The position numbers were made by a program, and so were the translations under genes. From NCBI GenBank assembly GCA_051546255.1, contig CP128819.1:1-64000 (forward strand): a stretch of DNA of 64,000 nt, in the 5' to 3' direction. This document shows, piece by piece, positions 1 through 10,467 of the stretch. This DNA is from Meyerozyma guilliermondii. Taxonomy: Eukaryota. The notes below the pieces were generated by a model. It made no database searches. It was not told where the DNA came from and saw nothing but the letters and a program-made list of their open reading frames with translations. How positions within the stretch are numbered: the first letter of the stretch is position 1; every line of letters starts with the position of its first letter.

Positions 1-2
1 TC

Positions 3-332
3 GTACACCAGTACACCAGTACACCAGTACACCAGTACACCAGTACACCAGTACACCAGTACACCAGTACACCAGTACACCAGTACACCAGTACACCAGT
101 ACACCAGTACACCAGTACACCAGTACACCAGTACACCAGTACACCAGTACACCAGTACACCAGTACACCAGTACACCAGTACACCAGTACACCAGTACAC
201 CAGTACACCAGTACACCAGTACACCAGTACACCAGTACACCAGTACACCAGTACACCAGCACACCAGTACACCAGTACACCAGTACACCAGTACACCAGT
301 ACACCAGTACACCAGTACACCAGTACACCAGT
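3..332. repeat. Terminal telomeric array (CACCAGTA)n, G-strand (ACTGGTGT)n, about 41 units
   Basis: Perfect 8-bp tandem repeat at the window start in C-strand orientation, with one variant unit (T>C at 260). The unit matches the telomere repeat described for Meyerozyma guilliermondii. Confidence 0.97.
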
Positions 333-1226
333 GCTAATTATAAACTGTATGGGCTGCCCTATAAAGAAGTAATGGCACACGAAGGTCGAATAACAAATTG
401 GAATGTTAAGCATCCCATTCGCTAGGCTCATCAGTCTGTTATTCGTCGCTAAGTGTCCAACTCGAGAATAAAATAAGAATTTATTTAAGACAATATACCG
501 GAACTTGATCCTCGGCTTCTTAAAAAAAAATGTCGCCTTGCTCCGATCATTCAATATTTATGCAGGCGGTCAGTTTTTCCGATGCTTCCATGCATGGTAT
601 TGAACTTCATCGGAGATAGCGTATATCCTCTGACTTCCGGTCCTTCCATGCATAATTCACCTGCATGGTTGCCAAAATGTCGTAGCAAATTCATTCAATG
701 CTCGCTATTAGCTTCCTAGATTGAACTTGGCTGCGAAATCAAGTCAGAAATGGCATTGATAATTGTCGGTTGAAATTTTCCAATTGAGAAAAAAGTTCAT
801 GGGGTAGAGCGAACAATCATCTTTGACTCCAACGCCTAACATAAGATATGTTTTGTTCATTTATGAATATTCACGAGTTCAACCTCCTTGTTAAGATAGA
901 ACCAAGTTTCAGTAATTGTGCTTTATGACTTAAGAAGTTAAATATCCAGATCAAGTCCTCGAGATACATACTCATATTGGTGTCAGAGATTTTCTTGTAT
1001 TGAATAAAAAAGTCAACTTGATTCTTTGGAATCATAATTATATATTTTTTTGCAAAATTTCAAAATTTTTTGTTGTAAGCCAAAATTAGAGTTTTTTAAA
1101 CAGAAGCATCATTATGGTATTTCTAGAGCTGATTACGTCTCAAGGCTTCTATAAAGAGTATGGTACTTGATGCTAGTCCAGCTACTGTTATGTACAGGAC
1201 CAGAAGCTGCAAAATTTATATTTCAT

Positions 1227-3432
1227 TCATATTTGTTGGGTAACTCCCACTAATTTTCCCAAGCAGTAGTGTGCATCGTGCATCATTTCCCATCTACAAT
1301 CCTTCAAAGATTCCCTGACAACCACCAAAACTGAAAATATACTCTTGAAATCAGTAGAGTTATCAAAAGCCTCGTCATCTTCATTCCGACTCAATGCCAT
1401 TGCATCTCTCAAAGTTCGAACAATAAACTCTTCTCCCTTAAGAAAACACTCGTCGTGACTGCCGTAAGTTGGCGGTGGTCTAAGTTTGATACCTAATCTC
1501 TTGGCGCGAAAAAAACAAAAGGCCCAAACCACGATGGTGGAGATGTAGATACACCATGGTCGCAAAGCAATCTTATCACTTTTTGCACTATAGTGTTCTT
1601 CGTCTTTTCCATAGTAGTTTCCAGCGTACTCGATTTGGTGTATTGAGATCAAAGCATGGACCAAGCATGTAACCGATTGTTTAGTGGCCAGCCACTTTTC
1701 AACAGAAAGTTTTGCTCGTATAAAGTCTGCTTCAGTAAGAGGTCTTCCAGTCAATGAATTCGATCCACTAAAAGTGAGAAGGTCCAAAACTGAAGTTTCA
1801 GACGTGTGCAAGGTAATATAGGCTATACGGTGCAAGCTTCGTGATACATCTGTGGTCAAGGATGGAACTCTGCTCATAATTGAAAATGACCAAGTCTCAA
1901 TTGCCCGTTCCAAAATTTCCACTATTGAAGTTGGAGATACCTGAGAATCTCCCTGACCATGTTTTATACACCAAACAACGCTCAAAAGACCATGAAGCAA
2001 AGTAATTTTCGTAAAAGCACTCAATCCCCCAGGTAAAAGCTTCTCGTTCAAGAGTAGACGAAGCACCTCCAAAAAACTATATTCTTTGTTTGAGGCTCTA
2101 GACTCGCATTGTTTGATCCACACAATGTGGTTATCTGCTTTCCAAAGCTCTTCATCACAGGGTAAATCTAGTCGAATCTCATTTATGGTCATGATCGAAG
2201 TATGACCAAAAAGTACGGCATGTTGCACATCCATCATGAAGAAAAAAAACACACATCTCTTTATCGACTCTTTTTCAATCCATGAGTCCCATTGCCGTTG
2301 GAGAGTATTGAGCTCGGCAGGCTCTTTATCAGCTCTCATATTGGCACACGAGCCATCACGCCTGAGCAAGGTGATAACTGCACTATGGAAAGTAGCTGAC
2401 AATTCATGCTGTCTTCTCGTCGAGGCCATTTTTTCGAATGCCTGGATAAGTGCCAACGTCTGGATCACCCATAGTTTCGGTGGAATGAGATCCAAGCTGC
2501 TGAAAACCATCCATCGGAAATTTTCGTGAAGCTCAACCGCAGTTTTGTAGTTTTCCACAGAATCGTGAAAAGCCCCCAAGGTGATTATTGAAACCACAAG
2601 AAGCGGCGGAATTGTCTCCGGATTCTTGCTGAAAGTGGGCTTATGGAGAATGGGAAAGTGGTCGTGAAATATCCGAAAGTAGAGTTGAAAAAGACGCTCA
2701 ATAGTCAGAGGCCTGAAAAAATCAAGGTCCACGAAATCTTTTAGCTTTGAGTTGGGCAATATATTGGAGTTTTTATTCAGAACTCCAAAAAGCACATCTA
2801 CCACATTGTTTTTCACCTGCTCCCAAATGTCATACTGGTGCTTATTCTGATCACATTCTTCAACGACATTTTCGCTAGCGGCAGCCACGAGCAAGTCCAT
2901 AGCCGTGTCTGAAAATGGATAAGTTGGCGTTCGTTTTTGGTGGGTTTCTTTGGGAGGAGTTTTTTCATTTGTCAAGAAGAGCCACAGGACATCATTAGGG
3001 TCAAAAGTTCGAGGTACACTATCCAATATTTCGAGAGGACTAAAGTCAGAGAGCCAGCTATAAGTGTCCGAAGCATTGAACTGAGGAGACTTGATTTCCA
3101 TTTCAGAATTCAAGTTGACTTCCATATTGGTTTCTGGTTCTGGCTGCACATATTGACACTGAATATCATTATCCTTAGGATTGTCTTTGGACGGCTTGTG
3201 CAAAGCTACGAGATCCTCATTATGTACTCTTTTCGTGTGCCTCTTGAGTATATCTAGCCTTTTGAATCCTCTGGAACACAAATTACATAAATGCAATGAG
3301 TCGGTATCTACGTTAGTCTTGTATAAAATGACTTTTATAAAACATACGATTTGACTTGTGACGAGACAAGTGGCTGGAGCTGGAAAATGACTTTCCACAG
3401 CCAGAATATGAGCATTGGTACCGCTTGTACAT
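1227..3432 (-). CDS. C2H2 zinc-finger / Fungal_trans transcription factor, two exons (3432-3348 and 3307-1227)
   Basis: ATG at 3432 gives MYKRYQCSYSGCGKSFSSSSHLSRHKSN. Removing a 40-nt intron (GTATGT...GACTAACGTAG, 3347-3308) restores the last His of finger 1 and joins in frame to CNLCSRGFKRLDILKRHTKRVH. Middle domain reads YFRIFHDHFPILHKPTF...LPCDEELW. Confidence 0.9.
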
Positions 3433-3436
3433 GAGG

Positions 3437-3573
3437 GTGGGATTGAACAAGAGTCTTATCTGACCCACTAAAGTGAAGCAGTGTGCAGGAATGCGGAGTC
3501 GAGGTGGGTTCAGTCAGATCGCGGTGGGTTCAATTGTTCAGGTGGGTCCACTGGATGTTGAACTCATGTGGGT
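3437..3573. promoter_or_regulatory. GTGGGT array in the divergent TF/lactonase promoter
   Basis: GTGGGT at 3504, 3524, 3542 and 3568, ACCCAC at 3463, GTGGGA at 3437. Confidence 0.7.
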
Positions 3574-3610
3574 AGTCCATTAATAAAGCATAACTTTCTT
3601 CCCTTTCAGT

Positions 3611-4591
3611 ATGTCAGAACCATTCTATGTCCTTGAGCGGCCTTGTGTCTTGGGTGAAGGACCAATTTACCGCCATTCAGACTCCACTTTACACTACGTA
3701 GATTGCTTATCAAACCCACCCCAACTTCATATTTTGGACATCGATCCAGATACTGGAGACGCCAGGTATCCACACACCACAGATTCCTCAAAAACAAACA
3801 AAAATGTCAGCAGGAAAGGTCTCAAAGTAATTGACTTGGAAGATAGCGTTACGGTGCAATTTTTCAGAAAGAACAAACCCAAGTCTTATATTTGTGCTTA
3901 CTACCAAGGAATTGCATTTATGGATGAAGAAACCGGCAAGCTAGAGGTATTGAAGGAGATAATCCCCAGGTCTGAGCGTCATATCAGACGTTTTAACGAC
4001 GGCGGTGTCGATTGCAAAGGTCGTTTTTGGGCAGCAGAAATCGATGTCAAAGGCTTATCTTACGGCGCCAAAAAGTTACCTGCGGATCATGGTGAGCCGT
4101 TGGGAAGACTCTGGCGCTACGATCCCGATGGTACCTTGACTCTAATGGAGTCTGGGTTAGTTTGTGGAAATGGTTTGGCTTGGAGTCCCGATAATACAAA
4201 AATGTACTTGAACGATTCAGCCGCGCAGAAAGTATATCGCTACGATTTTGACGCTGAAACTGGGTCAATAACCAACAAAGAACTTTTTATTGATACTAGT
4301 GAAGGTCCATGTGAGCCAGACGGAATGGTTTCAGATACCGAGGGAAATTTGTGGGTAGCCATGTTTAACGGTTCTTGCGTTAAGGTGTACAATCCAGAAG
4401 GAAAAGAATTCAAGACTATTTGGTACAAGAGCAAGTGTATGGCTTGTACTACATGGGGAGGAAAGAATAATGATATTCTCTTTGTTGTGAGTGCTTACAA
4501 CAAGGAAAATCTTAAAGGAGACTTGGGTGGGCATTTGTTCAGGACTAAGACCAGTGCAAGAGGAACATTTAAATATGAATTTGCTGGATAA
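3611..4591 (+). CDS. SMP-30/gluconolactonase/regucalcin family sugar lactonase
   Basis: LGEGP, RFNDG.VD..GRFW, GNGLAWSPD and PDGM..D.EGNLWVA motifs. Confidence 0.92.
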   Translation: MSEPFYVLERPCVLGEGPIYRHSDSTLHYVDCLSNPPQLHILDIDPDTGDARYPHTTDSSKTNKNVSRKGLKVIDLEDSVTVQFFRKNKPKSYICAYYQGIAFMDEETGKLEVLKEIIPRSERHIRRFNDGGVDCKGRFWAAEIDVKGLSYGAKKLPADHGEPLGRLWRYDPDGTLTLMESGLVCGNGLAWSPDNTKMYLNDSAAQKVYRYDFDAETGSITNKELFIDTSEGPCEPDGMVSDTEGNLWVAMFNGSCVKVYNPEGKEFKTIWYKSKCMACTTWGGKNNDILFVVSAYNKENLKGDLGGHLFRTKTSARGTFKYEFAG

Positions 4592-4650
4592 AAAAAACTT
4601 TCACCATATCTTTAAAGTCACATATCTTATTCTCTCATTCATTGCTTCGT

Positions 4651-5772
4651 TTAGTTCCTTATTTCTACAAATCCACCCTTTTCCACCGACGCAAATACTG
4701 CCTCCAAGAGCTTCATGAGTGTCACCTCTGCTTCCATATCACATTTTTCAGTTTGCTTCTTTCCCAAACATCTTTCGAAAAAAACTTGGATCTGCTTTTC
4801 AAAGTAGTAAACCCAATTGGATTGGTTTTCCGGAAGCATGGTCTTCATGGAACTTTCACCCTTCTCAAAGCCATTTCTCGTTTCTCTCAAGTACAAGTTT
4901 GCCTTTGGAGGATTCAAGAAAGTGTGAAGAATTCCGTTTGTTCCATAGATATCTGTAGTCCAATCAGCACACCATTCCTTGGCTTCCCAGCAAGTAAAGT
5001 CAAGAGTGATATTCTTGTCACTATACTCCAAAATTACCGAGCCTATATCTTCCCACTTGACCGAACCCACACGAGTAGGTACACTATCATATTTCTCTTC
5101 GCCAAAAAGATCGTCTATGATGCAAACGCAATTAAACTGCTCTTTTCCCAACGGTAATTTTCTCACAGAGGCTACAACTCGGTTTGGTAAGCCAAAAAGA
5201 TCAACCACCTGTTCAAAGGTATGGGACCCATCAGTATAGACAAACCCTCCAAGCGTAGAATCCAAACATTGCCATTTTTCTAATGCTCCTCCGACTGGAG
5301 TTCCACCATGGAAATGGGCAAGAGTAATGTCACCTAGAGTACCCAGATTAACAAGTTGTCGAGTATAGTCCATTACCTCGCAATAGTGCATCTCCCACCC
5401 AAACTCCACAACAAGATTGGGGAATTTTGCTAGGTCTTTTTCAAGCTGAAACAAATCCAGAGGCATAGCGGCTCCAGGCTTCTCCAAGAAAAGACCCTGC
5501 AACAGAGGATATAAATCCATAATTTTTCGAGCATAGCGAGGCACATCGTGGTCCAAGGCATGAACGAAGCACGCATGGACCTCTGCTTCTGAAAATAGCT
5601 TTTTTAAGGACTCAAACTTTCGAAGTGATGGATATTTTGCAGCCAATTTATCGGCAGTGATTTCGTCTTCATCAAAGAAACCGACCAAATTGACATTTTC
5701 CTGAAAGTATTTGATCCTATGGAACATGTGCGGGTGCTGTACCCCGACCATAACGACATTGAGTGATTTCAT
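4651..5772 (-). CDS. Gfo/Idh/MocA family NAD(P)-dependent oxidoreductase
   Basis: N-terminal Rossmann-like strand, LFLEKPG motif, GG...D.SH..E and IYGTNG motifs. First ATG at 5772. Confidence 0.82.
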   Translation of the reverse strand: MKSLNVVMVGVQHPHMFHRIKYFQENVNLVGFFDEDEITADKLAAKYPSLRKFESLKKLFSEAEVHACFVHALDHDVPRYARKIMDLYPLLQGLFLEKPGAAMPLDLFQLEKDLAKFPNLVVEFGWEMHYCEVMDYTRQLVNLGTLGDITLAHFHGGTPVGGALEKWQCLDSTLGGFVYTDGSHTFEQVVDLFGLPNRVVASVRKLPLGKEQFNCVCIIDDLFGEEKYDSVPTRVGSVKWEDIGSVILEYSDKNITLDFTCWEAKEWCADWTTDIYGTNGILHTFLNPPKANLYLRETRNGFEKGESSMKTMLPENQSNWVYYFEKQIQVFFERCLGKKQTEKCDMEAEVTLMKLLEAVFASVEKGGFVEIRN

Positions 5773-5842
5773 GGTTCCTTCTAAGGAGGGTAGTGGAACA
5801 TATAAAGATAAGATCAATCGCACATTTCGATTTTCGCGAAAC

Positions 5843-5887
5843 CCCCACCAGTGTTTCGCGAGCCCCCCACCCAGTGGGTCGACCCAC
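5843..5887. promoter_or_regulatory. CCCAC/GTGGG sites, including the perfect palindrome GTGGGTCGACCCAC (5874-5887)
   Basis: Lies in the 190-bp divergent promoter between the oxidoreductase and the transporter. Confidence 0.65.
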
Positions 5888-5962
5888 CAGATAACAAATG
5901 GTATCTAGTAGACAATGATGATACTTAAGTACCACAATACACATACCACATGAACTGAAGCA

Positions 5963-7414
5963 ATGATCACAGAGACTAAAAATGAAGTAGGCTATGCTGA
6001 AGCTTTGCTTGAAGACGACAGTATTGTTGCAAATCCAGACAGGTCTTTGAAACTAAAGTTCATTACTATTCCTCAATTTTATCACCCATACACTCAAGTT
6101 GTGTTTGCTGGATGCACCAACTTTCTCTCGGTTGGAATGTTCAATGTTTTGATATCTCTTGGAGGAAGCGGACAGGTTGACGCTACCACTGCTTCCAATT
6201 CCAATACGGTTCTTTATGCTCTTTTTGCTGCTTTGGCACTCTTTGGTGGATCTATCGTCAACCGGTTTGGCGCCAAGATCACATTGGCTTTTGGAGCTCT
6301 TGGATATGCTGTTTATGGTGCATCTTTTTGGGTTTTTAATAATGTTCCAAAGGGTAATGTTTCCAGAACTGGAGGTATAGTAGCCGTCTATATTGGCGGG
6401 GTTTGTTGTGGACTTGGTGCTGCAACTCTCTGGGTAGCGTGTGGGACGGTGATGTCTGCTTATGCCACGGAAAACCAAAAAGGTCGATTTGTTTCCATCT
6501 TTTTTTCGTTATCGTTTTTGGGAAGTGTTATAGGCGGAATCATTCCGGTGGCCCAAAATTACAGCAATACTACTGCCAGTAACGTTAGTGATGGAACATA
6601 CATCGCTATCACCATCTTGATGATCATTGGCTTTTTTAGCGGGTTTCTAGTGGCCGATCCTCAACATATCATCAGAAGCGATGGAACCAGAGTTCTCAAT
6701 TCCAAGCAAAATTCTTTCAAAGAAGAAATTAAAGCCATTTACACCGCTATCAAGATTGAACCTTACTTTGTCTTTTTCTTGCCTTATGCCTTCTTGGGGT
6801 TATACTACCCGGCGTACCAGGCGAATGACTTTAACGGCTACTTTTTCAACGTGAGAACTCGCTCCATAAATGGACTTCTTTATGGAATCTCCCAGATGTT
6901 TGGTGCCATCACTTTTGGTCTTTTTCTTGACTTGCCAATGCTCAAACGAAAGCTCAGGGCTCGGCTCGGATGGGGCATACTTTTCATCACCGTTTTCATC
7001 GTCAGTCTTTGCGGATATTTTCCAATGAAAGAGTCCAATAGACTGGTTCCTTATAACCCACCCATGGATTTGAAAGACGGCTCCAAAGCTGCCAAATACA
7101 TTGTATTATACTTTTTCTATGGCTGGCAGGACGGGATGGTTCAGTCGTATGCTTTCTGGATAATGGGGACACTCACAAACGACTCTAGGGTGGTTTCCAT
7201 GTATGCTGCTTTTTACAAGGTTATGGGAGCTACTGCTGCAGCAATTGCCTTTGGAACAGATGCTCGAGGTGTGTCGTACAACAGAATGTATGGTTCCTAT
7301 TGGGCAGTGTGTCTTTTTGGAGTATTGTCTTTGGGGATTTTGGTTTTCAAGAGAGTGGAGGATACCACTGAAGAAGAAAAACCAGAGATGATCAAGCCAG
7401 AGGTAATAGCTTAG
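5963..7414 (+). CDS. UNC-93-like MFS transporter (the family that includes the GlcNAc transporter Ngt1)
   Basis: About 12 TM segments; motifs YTQV...F...GMFN.L..LGG.G, LW..CG..M..Y..E..KGRF, N..FFNVRTRS.N, WIMG.LTND. Confidence 0.82.
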   Translation: MITETKNEVGYAEALLEDDSIVANPDRSLKLKFITIPQFYHPYTQVVFAGCTNFLSVGMFNVLISLGGSGQVDATTASNSNTVLYALFAALALFGGSIVNRFGAKITLAFGALGYAVYGASFWVFNNVPKGNVSRTGGIVAVYIGGVCCGLGAATLWVACGTVMSAYATENQKGRFVSIFFSLSFLGSVIGGIIPVAQNYSNTTASNVSDGTYIAITILMIIGFFSGFLVADPQHIIRSDGTRVLNSKQNSFKEEIKAIYTAIKIEPYFVFFLPYAFLGLYYPAYQANDFNGYFFNVRTRSINGLLYGISQMFGAITFGLFLDLPMLKRKLRARLGWGILFITVFIVSLCGYFPMKESNRLVPYNPPMDLKDGSKAAKYIVLYFFYGWQDGMVQSYAFWIMGTLTNDSRVVSMYAAFYKVMGATAAAIAFGTDARGVSYNRMYGSYWAVCLFGVLSLGILVFKRVEDTTEEEKPEMIKPEVIA

Positions 7415-7566
7415 AATGAGTATGACGAATAAACCAGATAATATGATTCTGAGCAAGACTCAACTCTCAACAATCTCTTTATCGAGCGTATGGCACATCG
7501 TCCAAATGGACTTGACATCACTGATGTATGCCCCCCACCAGAATCTTTGGTCTCTGCTTGGATATG

Positions 7567-7616
7567 GTGGGGTATGGGTTGTGGGTTGTGGGTTGTGGGT
7601 CGGTGGGTCTGCCCAC
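7567..7616. promoter_or_regulatory. Tandem (GTGGGTT)n array upstream of the hydrolase
   Basis: GTGGGT at 7581, 7588, 7595 and 7603, followed by a TATA-like TTTATATAAT at 7631. Confidence 0.7.
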
Positions 7617-7662
7617 ACCTTATCAAGATCTTTATATAATCGAGACATGGTATCATATCACC

Positions 7663-8682
7663 ATGACTTCACCACCTTACCCACTAAATCCAGAAATTGA
7701 GACCCTTCTCGATCCCCAGTATGTGGAGTTTTACAACAAGTACATCATTGACCAGCAACAGGTGCATTTGCAGCCAATTGAAAAATCCAGAGCTTCTGGT
7801 ACGTTGATTCCTGGAGGTGGAACAAAAAGACCGGTTTCAAAAATTGAAGATTTCACAATTGAAAGAACCGAAACTGAAGGTGAAAATTTCATGGTCAGAG
7901 TATTCACTCCGGTTGGAGATTCACCTTCGGGTGGGTTTCCTATTTTTCTTTATTTCCACGGCGGAGGTTGGGTTTTAGGTAACATTGACACCGAGAATGT
8001 CCATTGCACTTACTGGGCAGACATTGGAAAGTGTATTTGCGTCAGCGTAGATTATAGGTTAGCTCCAGAAAATCCGTTTCCAGCTGCCGTAGACGATGCT
8101 TGGGAAGCATATCTCTGGTTGGTAAATGGAGGTGCTGAAAAGTTGGGAGGAAATATCAACCGTGTGGGAGCTGGTGGTTCGTCAGCCGGTGGTAATTTGA
8201 CTGCAATTCTTTCTCATATGATCATTGAGCAAAAAAATCTGTTTGGTGCTTCACTTCCTTTGCTCAAGTACCAGATTCTTATTGTACCAGTGACCGACAA
8301 TACCGCTAACAAGAACACTTATGAGTCTTGGAAAAAGTATGAATACACCGCTGCTTTGCCTGCTGAGAAAATGATGTGGTACCGGTACCATTATTTGCCA
8401 GACGAAAAAGATTGGACCAATCCGAAAGCTTCTCCTTTATTTTATGACGATAAATCGTTTGCTCTGGCACCTCCAGCCTATATAGCTGTGGCTGGGTTGG
8501 ACGTTTTGAGAGGAGAAGGAGAAGCTTACCATGCAAAACTTGTCAAGAATGGAATTAGTTCCACTCTTAAAGTGTATGAAGGAGTGCCTCATGTGGTCAT
8601 GGCCATGAATGGAGTGTTGGATAAAGGCGAGGAGCTCGTAATGGACTGTGCAAATGCAATTCGAGAGTTCAATAGCGATTAG
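7663..8682 (+). CDS. Alpha/beta hydrolase fold-3 (HSL-like) esterase/amidase
   Basis: HGGGW oxyanion motif, VDYRLAPE, GSSAGG nucleophile, D(VLR) and H triad residues. The ATG at 7663 follows the TATA box. Confidence 0.92.
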   Translation: MTSPPYPLNPEIETLLDPQYVEFYNKYIIDQQQVHLQPIEKSRASGTLIPGGGTKRPVSKIEDFTIERTETEGENFMVRVFTPVGDSPSGGFPIFLYFHGGGWVLGNIDTENVHCTYWADIGKCICVSVDYRLAPENPFPAAVDDAWEAYLWLVNGGAEKLGGNINRVGAGGSSAGGNLTAILSHMIIEQKNLFGASLPLLKYQILIVPVTDNTANKNTYESWKKYEYTAALPAEKMMWYRYHYLPDEKDWTNPKASPLFYDDKSFALAPPAYIAVAGLDVLRGEGEAYHAKLVKNGISSTLKVYEGVPHVVMAMNGVLDKGEELVMDCANAIREFNSD

Positions 8683-10467
8683 GATACAATTCGGTACTCA
8701 TTAAAGTGAATTTTGCAATCGAGTCAGTTGTCCAAAACAAGGTGGATGGGTATATAATGAACGTCTGGTCTCTTTTTGTACCATTATTCTCCTGAGTCTC
8801 TTGAGTCTTTGTTGCCCGATCAACTTTTTGCACCCATGACTATTTTTAGAAAGTGTGGTATTAGGTATCGCTGACATCGTAGAAATAATTCCTCTAGTCT
8901 CTGAGACCGGTTTGGCGGCTTGTACATGGAATAATTCAAGAAATCGTCAAAAAATTAGTTGTTGCAGTTTGTGGAGGAGATGTTTGGTTCTGGATTAGCT
9001 TCATTTTTCGAGTGCGAATTCTCAGAGCTATAAGATGAAAAATATTGCATTAGGAGATCAATAGAAGTATTTTCGAATGCGAACAGCTTATGAAAACCCT
9101 TTGCAAAAAAAACTTTGTACAACAATTCTCTCCACGAAGTTTCAAGTTCGCGCGCAAATATTCAATTTCGCAAATCGAGGTAGTTTTCGTTGTCATGGTT
9201 GATAAAATACACTCTTAGCTAGTTGCTCACAATGATTGCAATTGATCTTTACTCGCCTCACATACAATCGTTCAACAGTTTTCAGATACTTCCTATGACA
9301 TTTGGTCATTTTTTTAGATTACCATTTACTTTAGACCAAATCGTGTCAGTTGTATTCCCGCAACTTGTATATCTAGTCACGAGTACCCTTTATTTTTAGA
9401 CAGTTTTCTTTCCTGGCTTTTCTTCAGTTGACATCATGCGGCGCAGAAACTCGAGGTGTCAAGCCGCACGAATTCGAGAAGTTACTTGTTTAGTAGGAGG
9501 CTTAAAATTCAGCCACCAATTCAAACGGGGCTTAAATAGATTATATAAATAAGCACAAGCATCAAAAGAATAAAAATGCTTCTTGAAACTGACCCGGCGA
9601 CCTTGGGTCGTATGGTATCAGCATTGGCTTTTATGGGAATCACACTCACGTTGGCTGTGGGTTTGAATTTTATAGACCACGAAAAGTTGGGTAGAGTTTT
9701 CTGTTTCCAGCTGATATGTAAATTTACGGAAGAGCCGGTTTTGAGTGAAAAGAGTTGAGTCTAGTTGATAATATGTCTTCATTGTGCTGATGTAAAAGAA
9801 ATTGATCGAGCCACCAATCATAGTGTAATTGCTGGAAGATCATCGCCTTGAAACTACTTAAATGTAATGGTGGAACTGTGAAATTCTTGTTGTAATACCG
9901 CCAAGTTTTAATGAAACAATTGGTTCACGTGCGGCACCATATCCTCTGATAATCAGTGAATAGTTCGATCAAGTCTAAAAAAATAAATGTCCATTTTCTC
10001 AATCAAAAGTTTCGGCAGGCCACCATATGGCTACAGGAAGATCTCTATTTTACGACAAGAAATTGGAATCAAGGAGCATAAAGCTGTGAATCTCCTACCA
10101 TGTTTTATTATCAAACTCAGATAAAGCAGAAAATATTCGAGACTCGTGCAACGCACGACCAATTTTTTAGATTGACAAATCAGATTAGGAATTTGTCTCA
10201 CTACACTTTAATCCGTTCTGAGATCAGTAAAAAATGAAAGCAAATATCTCTTGGCTGATGCTTGAATTGGATTATACATTACAAAAAATTCATAATCCCA
10301 ACTTGACGACTAACAATGATATTTCTAACTGTTTCTAGTATCCATGTTCAAGGTACGTGACACGAATCTATGCAAAAGTACACATCTAGTACTACAAATT
10401 AGCTCTTGTTGTATGTGACCTTTGAACTTGACCCTACTTCCATTTAAACAAAACAACTATTATTCAA

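Noticed and set aside
3348..3398. ORF-track N-terminus MESHFPAPATC of the first TF
   Set aside because: Non-ATG start that reads through the intron. The spliced model gives a canonical zinc finger.
9576..9758. 60-aa ORF with one hydrophobic segment and an upstream TATA-like sequence
   Set aside because: No paralog or recognisable motif; cannot be told apart from a chance ORF or gene relic without expression data.
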